Positions 14,901-27,587 of a DNA stretch of 64,000 nucleotides are shown here, piece by piece. Under the pieces are notes generated by a model. That model had not been told where the DNA came from and did not search any database. It saw nothing but the letters and a program-made list of their open reading frames with translations. The stretch is from Marsupella aquatica (taxonomy: Eukaryota; Plantae; Marchantiophyta). Position 1 is the first letter of the stretch. Each line of letters starts with the position of its first letter. The position numbers and the translations under genes were made by a program. The stretch is taken from contig OZ316892.1 of assembly GCA_973895155.1 (NCBI GenBank), positions 13,637,270-13,701,269 on the forward strand, read 5' to 3'.

Positions 14901-17900
14901 CTGCGAAGCATTCTACCTCAGGAAATTTGCTAATCATTGCCGAAAATAAAGAGCTGAGACCCTGATGGTGTTTTATCTGTGTCTGGCCGTCCTTTGCAAC
15001 GTAAATAGGATGAAGAGTTGGACGCATCTCCGGTGGAAATTGAGGATGCCGTTGCCATGGAGGAAGATGATCTATCTGTAGAGGAGGATGACGAAGATGA
15101 TGATGATCACGAAGAGGTAATCTTTATGTCTTGATCAGCAGGTTGGATGCTTTCGTCTCAGTGCTTTGGATATTTTACTTCAAAATTAGCATGGTAGAAG
15201 TTTTTGATGGCTGACGGGCGTGATGGCACAGAGTGGAGGAAGAGGTGGCCTAGGTCATTAATGGTGGATTACAGGACCACCAATTGTTTAGTCGGTCTAT
15301 CATGTTAAATACAGAGAATGGAAGTAGGGGACACATGATGGCGAAAAATCTTATTTCTTTGCGTGTTGTTGTGTTGAAAGGTTTTCGGTGAGGAGCCAGC
15401 TTCAGGATGTATAGGAGTGCGTGTCCATGATGTAAACGTGGGAGATGGTGGGGATACTGGAACCGCATCAACAAGCACACCTGGCATTGAAGTGGTATCT
15501 CAGCCTTCTGGGTTTAGCTCAGGACTTGCTGGAGTAAGCTTGGGGGGAAAAGGTAGTTTCTTAAGTGGAAGCGACATACCTACCATACGGACCGGACTCT
15601 CGCTGGGTACCAAGGGTTCAATGTCTTTTGCAGCAGCTGCTATGGCAGGGATGGCCTCAGCCAGTGGGAATGGTTCGAGAACAGTTTTGCGCGCGAGCGC
15701 TGCCAATTCCCTTCCAAAGTTGATCTTTTCAATGGGTGGGAAGCCACTGACCAGGTCGCTCACCATTTTTCAAGCCATACAGAGGCAAGCCGTAGCTGGG
15801 GATGATGACGAGGAGGAGCGGTATGCTGGTCCAGACTATCCTCTGGGCGGTGGTAGGAGGCTTTGGGATGAGGTGTATACTATTAACTATCAAAGGGCTG
15901 ATTCATCTGGGGATCAAGTCCCTGCGGGACCTTTAAGTCCAAACACCATTTCTCCGAGTACAGCAGGTGCAGGTCAAAGAGGGGCTATTCATACGTCTAG
16001 TACAGAGAGTTCATGGCAGCAAGCGTCCCTTTTGGACAGTATGCTTGAGGGGGAGCTTCCATGCGATTTAGAGAAGTCCAATCCTACATACAATATCTTG
16101 TTACTACTTCGCATCTTGGAAGGTTTGAATCATCTAGCTCCCAGGTTACGCTTTGAAGGAACTGCAGATTCTTTTGCAGAATCGGGCAATGTGGACAATC
16201 CGGATGGTTGGCAAGTTCCTGGCCCAGTTGTCCCACAGGAAGAGTTTCTAAGCAGCAAGCTTACCCCAAAATTAGCTCGTCAAATGCAGGATGCTCTGGC
16301 GTTGTGTAGTGGTGGTCTGCCTGCGTGGTGTCATCAGCTGACCAGAGCTTGTCCCTTTCTCTTTCCCTTCGAAACACGGAGGCAGTATTTCCATTCTACA
16401 GCTTTTGGACTCTCTAGAGCTCTTCAGCGCTTGCAACAGCAACAAAGTGCGGATGGGCCTGCTCGCAATCATGATCGGGAACTTCGTGTTGGCAGGCTTC
16501 AAAGGCAAAAGGTTCGGGTTGCAAGACATAAGATCCTGGATTCAGCTGCCAAGGTCATGGAGATGTATTCAGGTCACAAGGCTGTATTGGAGGTCGAGTA
16601 CTTTGGCGAAGTTGGGACTGGACTGGGTCCAACATTAGAGTTCTATACATTACTTAGTCATGAGCTGCAAGGGAGTTCTCTAGAATTATGGCGAACAGAT
16701 TCTAGTAGAGATGATGCACATGGTGATGTCGAGATGCCAGATGCAGATGTCGGCCATGTAGATGACAGCTATGCAGCCCTAGGGGTGAACAGTGCTGGCC
16801 TGGACTCTACACGCAGGAAGGGGGATTATGTCCGCGCGCCACATGGCTTGTTCCCTCGACCTTGGCCTCCTGGTGTAGACACCGTTGCAAATGGCAAATA
16901 TGGGAAGGTCATTGAGCACTTTCGGTTACTAGGGCGCGTGATGGCCAAGGCTTTGCAGGATGGACGCATGTTGGACTTGTCCTTATCCGCAGCCTTCTAC
17001 AAGTTAGTTTTCGGAAAGGTAACTTATATTTTCGTTTCCCACATCACTTTTATGTAAGCAGGTCGAGCATCCTTGTTGGAGCGCACCGAAGTTCATTTGA
17101 ACAGGTCATCATCCCACTGAAAAGCATGTGAATTTCATGAGAAACTACTCGAGTCGGGTATTGAAACTCTCTCCATGTGATTCACTAATCAAGAACTTAT
17201 GATATTTCTTGTGCAGGAGCTTGATTCCTATGATATTAGGTCTATCGATCCAGAGCTTGGTCGGACTCTGCAACAGCTGCAGTTATTGGTTTGCAGGAAA
17301 CAGTTTCTTGAGAGTTCCGGAGCTGACACGAAGCAAGCTGTAGAGGCATTGCGGTTCAGAGGTTCGAGAATCGAAGATCTTTGTCTGGACTTTACACTCC
17401 CTGGGTACCCAGACTATGTCCTCAAGCCCGGAGGAGGTGATGAAATGGTATGTACCCCTTGGTGAATATGTAAAATCCCTGCCCAGTGGGAGAGCGCCTC
17501 ATAACACTACCGAAGGAGGAGAACCGAGGCATTTTGTGTCTGCAAAAGTATGTCTTCATTATATCCAATGCACGAGTTCTTTTTCTTTGCTAATATCTGC
17601 GTCCTGTCTTGGGCAGGTGAACCTTGACAACTTAAACGAGTATGTCACATTGGTGGTGGATGCAACTGTCAAAACGGGGATAACTGCGCAGCTAGAGGCA
17701 TTTCGTTCTGGTTTTAACCAAGTACGTTGCGTATTGCTCTCATACATGCCATTAGTCTCTACATCTGATCCCAAAATTGTGAAACTGTTGTACATTCTTT
17801 ACGCGGCCTCCTCATAATGTAGGCTTAAATCCTGGCATCCTTCATATTGCCGGACAGTTTCCTACGTCCGGTGCGGTTTATGAGGATCTGGCCTTGCTTA

Positions 17901-19426
17901 TCAAAATCCTGTTAAGCAATAAAGGACAGCGAGCTCTAGAAAGTTAGGTATCAGTTTAGGAACTCTTTTGATTTCTTTCACTTGCCTCTAGTATTCCTTG
18001 TACATCTTTGGTTCTCCCTTGCCAACCTTATCACTTTGTAGTTGTTGTACAAGTCAGGCTGATTTTGTAGATTTTTTTTTTTTTTAAATTTTTTTTTTTG
18101 TGATTTTGTAGATTATAACAATGAATAATCAAATTTTGTTTCATTGTTATCGTCAGTTGTCCTAAAAGATGGATCCAGATCGTGAGTTTTGTTCATCCAT
18201 TTTTGTCTACAGGTTTTCCAGTTATCTGCATTACAAATATTCAACGAGGATGAACTAGATTCATTGCTATGTGGACGACGAGAGCAATGGATGGTGAGTC
18301 GTTAACGTTGTATTTTACTATGACTGGATTATAGTAATTTACGGTACTTGTTCTATTCGGGAGTGTTCTTTTTTTTAAGATAACTCACTTCGGAACTGTT
18401 ATGTTTGTCGTATCTGTTCGTTTCTACAGCCTGAGACACTGTCGGATCTATTAAAGTTTGATCATGGCTACACTGCCAGCAGCCCACCCATTCGAAATGT
18501 AAGCAAAACGGCTATGTTTTTTTCTTCATATTTTTGTTGGCCCCCTACTAGGTTTCATCTGTGGTGAGAAAATTATCACTGTATTCACGAGCAAAGGCCC
18601 TCTTCTGTGTGCAGCTTCTTGAGCTTATGGGAGAATTTACTCCCGATGAACAGCAGGCATTTCTGCGATTTGTTACCGGGGCACCGAGGCTTCCACCTGG
18701 CGGATTATCTACATTGAGTCCCAAACTCACAATTGTGCGAAAGGTAAACCTGATCGGCATTGTTAAGATGGTGTTACGTATATTTGGCAATACTGCACTT
18801 GCATTCAAAGAGAGGTTTTTTTTTTTTCCTTTTTAAGAGTGCTGAACAGCCGAAGCCACTCAAGAAGGTCATAGAATGATCTCGTATTTGTTGGGTTGCG
18901 CACTTATGAAATATGGGCTCTCGCATTAATCTTAGGGGTAGCCGCTGTGCCATAAAAATCTAAATTCTGTGGGGGTAGAGTAGTCCGCTTTTCTTTTACT
19001 GTTTCTGGCCAAGAGAATTTATTTGCTAACAAGGGTACGATTGGCTGGTTTTTTTTATCAGCATCCTATGGGTGTCACCAGTACTGGAACTCCTGTGCTT
19101 GGATCGACACCCCCAGGTGCGGCGTCCAGCTTTGGGACTACTCTGGCCGATGGAGACTTACCTAGTGTCATGACTTGTGCAAATTATTTGAAACTGCCAC
19201 CATATTCGTGCAAGGTGAGTTTTTGTAAAATATTCATGCGTCCGATATTCATTGTTCAATCATAAATATCTATTTCTAATAAAATTTATGAACCGTGGAA
19301 TTCACAGTTTGATCATATGATGTATTCAATGCTGACTGGAAGACATCGTTTTGGATGCAGGAGGTTATGAGGAATAGGTTGATGTATGCCATATGGGAGG
19401 GACAAGGATCTTTTGACCTTTCCTGA
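8976..19426 (+). CDS. UPL3: HECT-type E3 ubiquitin ligase UPL3/KAKTUS (TRIP12/Ufd4 family), 17 exons: 8976-10007, 10541-10651, 10951-11067, 11166-11345, 11443-11607, 11992-12255, 12380-12501, 12641-14105, 15009-15116, 15381-17018, 17217-17447, 17617-17721, 18213-18293, 18430-18498, 18615-18743, 19062-19214, 19361-19426
   Basis: METRSRKRAEA start; ARM region (LHGLLRKLGAGLDDLLP, LLTIEYIDLAEQ); HECT motifs LEVEYFGEVGTGLGPTLEFY and DLPSVMTCANYLKLPPYS (catalytic Cys); C-terminus EGQGSFDLS*. All introns are GT-AG and phase-consistent. Confidence 0.97.
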
Positions 19427-22410
19427 GCCTGTGGTCGTCAAATACAGAGACAAGTATATGAAGACCATCACAGATGAGGATTTAGATACGACGGCTGAAA
19501 AGCTTGTAGATGGTGCCAATGGATTGGTAAAACAGGCCATTTCCTACGAAATGTTGCAGCTAGATGAATTTTAGTCATAGGATTTCTTTGTGCAGATTCA
19601 CATTCTTGAAGCCTACTTGTACAGTTTGTGAATATTCAGTTGAAAAAGTTAGCGGTCTGTGATCCAAAGGCGCTGATTTCGAGTGGTCAACTTTTCAGAT
19701 CTTGGAACATGACAGCGGGTATATTTAGGTAGGATAAGTTTTGGAGTGAGCAAGTAAGTTGCTGTCATTGGTACAGGACCACATTTATGGTCAGCTCTAT
19801 TAAATGGCACCTCCGTGTGTGCAGGGAGATCAGCCTGGTTTCTTCTCCCAATGGGTGCATCTATATTCTGGAGCGAGTTGTAGCAATTATCATACTTTAG
19901 TTGATTCTGAAGGTTCATTTCGTATGACATTTGAGGTTCAGATGGATAGAACTATTTTGGGCCCAGTCCCGTGTAGCTTTTATGGAAAGGAATAGGGATC
20001 TCAACCACTCTAGGATGCTTGCAGGTTAAGGAGGATCCACTCGATTCCTATGTGTCATACATTGTCGCTCTTCCTGCAGTCCTCAGTTGGGCCCTCACCA
20101 TGACATGTGGCGCTTGTATTGAAGCCAATAGCTTGCCGGCATGTTTTGAAGAATTGCATCCAAGCTGAATTCTTGCTCGTGATATACAATCCCACTTGAA
20201 TTGACTCAATGAGTTGTCAATTTTGACCGCAACTTATTTGTTGTGGTTCTGGAGTCATTGCAAATCTATAGAGCCCGCCCTTTTACCCTGTCTGTCTTTC
20301 GAAGTGTGTAACTACACATCTTGTTTATCCCTCGAGAAAACTTGGTCTTGCTCATAGTGCCTGATGACCAGTTGTGATATTATCGACTTGATATTAATAC
20401 AAGGTAGCTTTATGCTATGCTTACTATTGCATCTGCGGGGAAAGGGGGCCATACAATTTATAGCGCTACTACTACTCAAGAAGCGAATTGCATTATGCAC
20501 CTGAATTGTGATTTGTTAGTACATTAGCTAGTAATTTACCCTGCACATGACACTCTCGGGGCCTCATCACCTTTCTTTTGGCAACGAAATGTGTCCGGTG
20601 AAAGACGACTCTGGAGGCTTCTGGTCCTTGCAACCTAGACAGAGCCACAAGCAGAGGTTTCCATATTGTTGGTTTTGTCTGGCGGTTTTACATCGGAGTA
20701 TGAAAATGTTGGTTTCAGTTTTGTGGATAGGGATGATTGTCTTGACGCCTGACCTTTGTTCTTTTAGTCATCGTGTGAAACGCTGCATCATACGTGCGTT
20801 TATAATCAGGGGTTTTGGGTCCCGCTGAAGTTCAGTCCACACAGGATTCGTTGGCAGTGTTTTTATTTTAATAGTCTGGTCGGGGTGGTCTTAATTGGTA
20901 ACTGGCATTGTTCCAGTGATTTTCCTGTCGGAAGTGCTGACGATCGTCTTGGCGTGAAAGTGTCTTGTTACTTTTGTCTGGGGGTGAAGCTCTTGACGGT
21001 TTACATTTTCTTGAGGATTTGTATGCCCACACAGCTTGCTGGTAAATTGAGAGTTTCAAGAGGTCTGCAGCTGGACGGCAACTGAATTAGTTGGTAAGTA
21101 GTGAGGCTAGAGACATCATCAGGAGGTTGTGTCAGGTGAGAAACTTTTCATTTTGCAGATAACACACACAGCGGTGGAAGCTGCCTACTGAGTGAAAAAT
21201 GTTCTCAAAGCCACCTACACGCTGACCTCCAAACGAAAAGCGTATCGAGGGTACATTTTGTATTCACTCAAACGGTAAGCAGGTGTCTGTCCGATAGCAC
21301 TCCGTCCAGAAAACTGTGGCCTTGAAGGTCAGTTACTGGTTTAATCATTGGGTAGAAGGAAGGTCAGTTACTCGTCTAATCGTTGGGTTGAATTGAAAGC
21401 ATCTGTATGTCAAAAGACTTTCAGGTGATTCCTTCTGGCCCTAGACCTGATCATGAATGAACATCTTCTAATTTGACAGTGAGGCAGAAAAGTCAATTGC
21501 GTAACTCCAAGACACCTTGTGGGGAAAACGGAGGTTGTTCTGGGCCCCCTCAAGACACCTTATTGGGACAACAGAGGTTGTCCTGAGGCCTTTACTTCTA
21601 AAGACTCCAGGGTGATAATTAGAAGTGGGTAAGACAAGCAGCCCTGCAGAAGCTATCATTTTCCCACCAGCCGGGAGTGGGTTGACCTCTCCCAGAGTCT
21701 CCACAGCCTAGCAACCTTTGGGCGCACTATAAAGAATTCAAAAGAAAAATCAGCCTATAATTGAATTTCAGAAAATTCTTCAGGCACATACTGGTGCCCT
21801 GGAGAATCAAGATTTTTGGGTGACTTCCCCCCTCTACCTTGAGCTAAAAAGCCTTCACAATAAGCAATCCATGACATTTCTGCAGACTGAATGCCCTTAG
21901 TGAGTTTTCTCTTTGTAATGTTTGGTGCTTTATGGAGTGCTTTATCGAGAAGAATATGACATTCCTATGGATTGAATGCCCCTTGTGATTTTTCTCTTTG
22001 TAATGTTTGGTGCTTTATGTAGAATGCACAATCCAGACTTGAAACTGGCCATTATCGACAACACTAGGCCGACACTTGAATCTGGCCATTATCAACAAAA
22101 GTAGGCTGTCAAAACTCAAGCTAAAGCCTCATTTTGGGGGGCATTACCCACAATGCAGGGACTACCACAGTGGCACTACACACCTTCATCCCATTGATTT
22201 TCCTGCAGCTAAGGTGCCCTGCTCTCTTACATCACTAGGTTCTGATATGCAGGCTTTGCAGAACTATAGCACCCCTTCCTTCCTCCTAGATATAATAATA
22301 TTCCTGGCCTAGATATAATAATATTCCTGGCCCTAAGCATCACTGTACCAAAATGCTTGGTGATGGACTATAGTACTGCATCTCAAAGCAGGCTCTAAAG
22401 AAAGAAAAGT

Positions 22411-22630
22411 AACAGGACACCAATTGTGCCCATAAAACACCATATGACTAGACTAAGAAAAGTTACAGGACACCAATTGTGCACACAAAACACCTTAAGA
22501 CCATATTTCACAAGCCACTGTAAAAACAAGTTACAGGACACCAATTGTGCTCATAAAACACCTTATGACCAGACTTTACAGGACACCAATTGTGCCCATA
22601 AAACACCTTATGACCAGACTTTACAGGCAA
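22411..22630. repeat. ~45-bp tandem repeat, about 4 copies (ttacaggacaccaattgtgcccataaaacaccttatgaccagact)
   Basis: Direct repeats visible; the last two copies are near-identical. Confidence 0.9.
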
Positions 22631-23945
22631 TTACAGATTCTCTTTCCCAGTGCGCCAGCAAATGCCATGACCATCGTCCATATAATTGGAGGTGACATTC
22701 AGGCGAATAACAGCTATCACACCGTCTTGCACAGACAAGTATCCTGCTCATTGAATAAAGAAATCAAACTGGCCCCAAGATGGCCGATGTTCATCCAAGT
22801 CTATTGAACTAAAATTCCAATTGGTGCTGAGAATTGAACTGAGATCCAAGTCCCCACGATCTCCTTTTCTGCAGAGGAGCCAGACCTGGAGACCGTTGTC
22901 TGATAAGTTTTTTCTGCTGATCACCAAACCTGAAAGAGTGTCTCTTGACGGATGTCTTGGTAGTTCGAGGAGCAATGGCATGCATGAATATTTATTGTGC
23001 TGTGCTTTACTTTTGTGCTGTAATGGGTTACCTTGGATGGAAATGAACAAGGTGAACTGGGTTATGCCAGAGGGGTTAAATGCTACGGTAGACAGGACTC
23101 ATTTGGCAACAGCTTCTCTCATGAATTTCTCTCAACTGCATTCAATTGTCTCAAGGTACCAAAGAGTAGGAGTGGGGCATTAAGGAAAGGTAACTGAACT
23201 AATTTTCACTTGAGTTTGGGGGATTTTCCCAACCGGAAGAGGATTTTTTTGCAATCTGTACATGGAGACATTCTCCTGTCTCAGGCCTGCAGAGTTGGGA
23301 CAGATAGAAAAGGCAAAACCAAAGGGCATAAACGATTATCCTCTGCCCAATAATCTTAATCATATCTTTTGCATACATAACAAACAAATCTCACCATGTG
23401 CAGCTCCAAAAACCAATTGAGAAGATCGCTACCACAGGTTCCAGAGTTTGCACCACAGGAAATGCAAAACATGAAACTCACTGGATGAAATGGGCATTGT
23501 CTCAATTGTTTGCTAAGCAAACACAAGTTGGCCTAATCAAATATGTCCCTAAGGTGAAGTGTCAATGCATGAGAGATAGATTACATTTTCAGTAAATCTC
23601 ACACTAGAATGAGCACCATCACATGTCATTACAACACACAATACAAACTTTAAAGCACATTAGAAGCAAACAATTTAGAAGCTCTTCCAAATGTATTGGA
23701 TTGACATTCAGAGAATTCAAATTACACTGGGTTTTCGCATCGAGGTTGCCTCACTCACTTGGGCTAAATCTTTCATCCAGCAGCTCTTCCAAATGTACTT
23801 GATTGAGGTTCAGAGAATTCAACTAACACGAGGGTTCTTGCATCGAGGTTTCTTGCAAGTGAGCTCGATAGATCAGCTCACATTTCATGTTACGAGGTCT
23901 ATTTGGACATTCAATTGTCCTCATTCCACGGGATAAATGCTGACC

Positions 23946-24101
23946 CCGTTCTTTACCCACAACAGCATCCAGTTCCTGCTGCAGGCGATGTAACACTAGG
24001 TGGCGTACCAGTTCTACTAGGGCCCACGATACTTCGGTTCCAGTGGTGTCGACGCCGCCGCCTAACATTTCCTCAATTAGTGCTATCACACTGTCATCGT
24101 T
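23946..24101 (-). pseudogene. Cytochrome P450 fragment (I-helix to J-helix)
   Basis: NDDSVIALIEEMLGGGVDTTGTEVSWALVELVRH-LVLHRLQQELDAVVGKER matches the A/G-G-x-D-T-T I-helix and the QxELDxVVG motif of plant CYP71-clan enzymes. No heme motif nearby. Confidence 0.8.
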
Positions 24102-24216
24102 GGTAACCCGTATCTGAGTTGAAGAAGCACGATTTGTCAATTTTCTTTCGTTTTCGTAGATCTTAGTGACAATCAGCTAAGAGGATCAATTCCCTCCATC
24201 GTCGAAACTGAAAATC

Positions 24217-25382
24217 TTAAGGCCCGTCTTTGAGTAGATCCATCCACTGAGCAGCTTCCTCCAGAGATTTCCCTGCTCGAGCCAAATCACTGATCACCTG
24301 CATCTTTTTGTCAATTTGTGCTAGGTGGAGTTGATGTTTCCTGTCAACTCGAGCTCGTTTGTTCAGTGCTTCTTCGGCTTGACGTCTGGCTTCCCGTTGC
24401 TCTGCTAGTTCAGCCATTTTCCATTGCTCTTTGCTGTCAGCTTGCTTGCTTCGGTACGCTACTATTTCTTGTAAGTTCTTTGAGTACAAACAGAGGAGAG
24501 TCGTTCTTGGAGTTGGTTTATCAGCCTCACCCAAAGTCGATGCAGACCTGGATCCGGATGCTGGTCCCTTGCGTTTTCCTCTCCTCTGTGCTTGCGAGTC
24601 TTGTTGGTTCTGCGGTGTAGTGTGCGCCTTTGCCTGATGCGTAGGAGATTCAGCCATTGAATCATTTCGTTCCGAGTGAATGGAGAATTCTCCATTGGAT
24701 CATTGTCGTTTAAATCAGAAACCTCTACAATGTCGACTATCGGCAGCTCAATATGAATCCGAAATTCAGGTGCACTAGTGTCACACTCCTCATCGTCGGG
24801 GTCTTCATCCTGGTCCGGGCCTTCATCGCTGTGTGCATCATATTTGTTCGGGACCCCAATGCAACCCTGTGAAGGAGGGTCCATATTGGATCTTCTCCTG
24901 AATAGAGCATCCATTCTCTCAAAATTTGGGCACAAATTTTTGAATTTCTCTTCCCATGTCATGCCCGCACTGAGCTTGAGTTCAGACAATCCTCTGCCTG
25001 ATTGGCCAAGCTCAAGCTTGGCCTTCTTGTATCTATCATGGTACCGTTCCCATTTTTTTCATCACATCTCCATTGAGGTCCGATACATCTTTCCAACCCA
25101 TCCCTCCTAGAGTGACAGCCATGTTCCTGAATGCACTTATCTTGGAGATGAGTTTGCCACCGATCTGAGTCTTCTGACCAGTTCCATAGAGAACTTGAAA
25201 GTTCTCTTTGTTTTCCATGTAATCAAGCATGCGCTCGTATCCATCAGAAGAGATTCTGAACCTCTTTGCCTTTTTCGGTACCCTACATTTGTGAACTCTG
25301 GCAGAGCACTTTTCCCACGAACCATGATCTCATGAAGTTCAACATGAATCGGACTCTCTATCTGAAGGGAATTGATATACAT
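24217..25382 (-). pseudogene. Harbinger-type Myb/SANT-like DNA-binding protein (ORF1), frameshifted
   Basis: Overlapping frames join to DYMENKENFQVLYGTGQKTQIGGK...MKK/WERYHDRYKKAK...SGRGLSE...EEKFKNLCPNFERMDALF..RSNMDPP, followed by an acidic tract and a coiled-coil tail. One frameshift falls at the T-run ~25053-25059. Confidence 0.7.
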
Positions 25383-26559
25383 TTGGATTCTCCCGCAAGA
25401 ACCAGAACTACAATTTGCAAGAGTGGCGGGGATTAGAATTGTCTATGACCACAACGCTGCAAGTTACAGCCCCGGTGACAGCATGAATACTCCTTCAAAA
25501 CCAGGGAATCTCGCGGAGAGTTCCAGCTCATAAGGGAATTCAGGGGAATTCAACTGTCGACAACAACGACACCTGCAAACCGTGGACACAGACACAGACT
25601 ACCGCCCTACTCCAACAACACCTGCAAGCCGTGTCCGGCTTTGTCACCATCCATAACATACGTATTTTACCCTATAATATGTTTTTATGGGACGTGTCAA
25701 AATATGTATCCCCTGCCTGTACAAATGCCTGTAACTTGTTTTATGGCTCATTTTATTACGGACACAGGACAGGGCTTACGGGAGCGTTTTGACACGCCCT
25801 ATTGGTTACAGGGGGGATATACAATGACCAGTGCCATAAAGGATGAGTTATAGGTACTCCCCCTTAGAGTAAGTGTTTATGGCCCGTCCCTGTTGGAAAA
25901 GTCCAAGCCTATTACCTCGACAAGCGGTCACAATAGCATTCTCATAATACACAGTGATTGACATGTCGTTTATGTCCTTGGATGATGAGATGCTGTGATG
26001 ACTCTATGTTGTTATGACGCGAATTCAAAGTCTCAGAGTTAAAATTATGGGTTTCAGTCAGCAACTATGGCACTTTCTTACGGAAGCCAATTTTGGCCGC
26101 CCACAACTTTTTATGGCTGTTCTGGTAACTCAGTCCTTCCGGCCAACTCATAACTCGTTACGTCCGTGCTTTGAGATGCCCTGGCAGTTAGATTACACTC
26201 CAAAACCTTGCCGATCACTCTCTTTAAGTGATGTGTCATTTGTTAGCTGAAATGTCACTTCAATAATTTTGCTGGTGCACTGTAGTGGGGCCCCTTAGTA
26301 TATTGGGGCTCAATATGTTGGGGGAGGATATAAGCCATAAAACTAGAGCGCAAGAACAGCCATACCAGGTATACTGAAAAGAGTTGAGTGCACTGTGAAA
26401 GTCCAGTCATATGTGACCTACTTTTTTCATCATAGACCTACTTGACTGAACAAAGTGAGGTCAAGCAAAGTGACCTCAGAATCTACGATTAGTGTTCAAC
26501 GATAGAAATCCCTGATGGTGTCCGATGTAGGGTTCCTGTGTTTGAGAGTAGCCCCGAGA

Positions 26560-27102
26560 AAGGGTTATAGCCCATCATCTCCAAGTGGGAATGAGTTCCC
26601 TAGCATAAGCCCCAAACAAAGTTTTGAAGCATTATCCTCACTTTTATAATGCAAAATTGCCATCTGCCACTGGTTGCCACGTGTGTCTTGCCTGTATTCT
26701 CATTCCCAATGCAAGGCTGGCACAGGGGTTCCGTGGCTCATTACCTTTAACCTTCTATACAAATACAAAGAAAAAACTACACGAGGGGTTATGTGTAAGG
26801 TAACCCATCCCCAAGATGGGTTAGTGGGATGTAATCCCAGAGGGTGCTGAGTGCAAGGGGGCTAGAGCCCATTATCCTCAAGTGGGGATAAATTACTGAG
26901 CACACAGCCCAAGTGCATTTTTGAACAATTCATTTCATTTTTACATTGCAAAAGTTTTATCTGTCACTTGCACCTTACTGTATTTCTCATTCAAATTTGA
27001 GAGTCCCCAAGCCATGCCGGCAGAGGGGTCCCATGGCCCCACCCGGGGGTAATGTCTCATAACCATGTACAGACATACAAATTAAAAATACACAAAGGGT
27101 TT
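26560..27102. repeat. Diverged ~300-bp tandem duplication (~26560-26790 and ~26855-27102)
   Basis: Collinear shared blocks: agcccatcatctccaagtggg / agcccattatcctcaagtggg, ctgtattctcatt / ctgtatttctcatt, ggcacaggggttcc / ggcagaggggtccc, atacaaa..tacac..gggtt. Confidence 0.7.
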
Positions 27103-27587
27103 AGGGTAGTTTAACCTTGATAAAGCGCCCTTTGCACCCCGGTTTACTTGAATATATTAGGCACTTGGATGCCTTCACCTAAAATTAAAAAGTAACCAAG
27201 GTAAGGTCTGTTGAGTGGTGGAAAATCAGTTCAGTCTTTGTGTGACCAAACAGCTACTGTATTTGATGAGAACCCTGGTATGTAAAGTGTCACCAGTTCG
27301 CAGCCCTACCTATAGCTCTGTATAAATAAGCGTACCTGGACTCCACTGTAAAGTTCTGATGAGTGCTCTGTTCCTCGCAAAAAGAGTCATGTTCAGCTCC
27401 CCTATCTGTAAGCGATGCTGTAATTGTCCACTGCAATTGTCTCATGTTCAAGGGTAACAAATTGTTTCATGTTCAAGAAATTGTTCTTTGGGGGTCCTCT
27501 TCTTCGACTTGAAAAATACTTCAGGATGTTTTGAATCGGATCTTCCAGATTCTCTACAATTTGATTGGGTTCTCGATCGCTTCGAAG

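Larger units (their letters stand above)
22400..25801 (-). mobile_element. Decayed PIF/Harbinger-like DNA transposon (non-autonomous) with related subterminal repeats at both ends
   Basis: Contains a broken Myb/SANT-like ORF1. The left ~45-bp repeats (acaggacaccaattgtgcccataaaacacc, aaacaagttacagg) occur inverted at the right end (cctgtaacttgttttatgg, ~25728-25746). The right end is gcgttttgacacgccct. Boundaries approximate. Confidence 0.6.

Noticed and set aside
19386-19574. 62-aa ORF overlapping the UPL3 stop
   Set aside because: Out-of-frame run into the 3' UTR with no recognisable motif.
21890-22332. Short local duplications (~46 bp x2 at ~21890/21974; 23 bp x2 at ~22285-22331)
   Set aside because: Ordinary slippage or repair duplications next to a transposon, with no sign of function.
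22750-23350. Possible non-LTR retrotransposon C-terminal remnant on the minus strand (PLLLFG, SGITQFT, KAQHNKY)
   Set aside because: Matches are short, scattered over frames and not convincing without a search.
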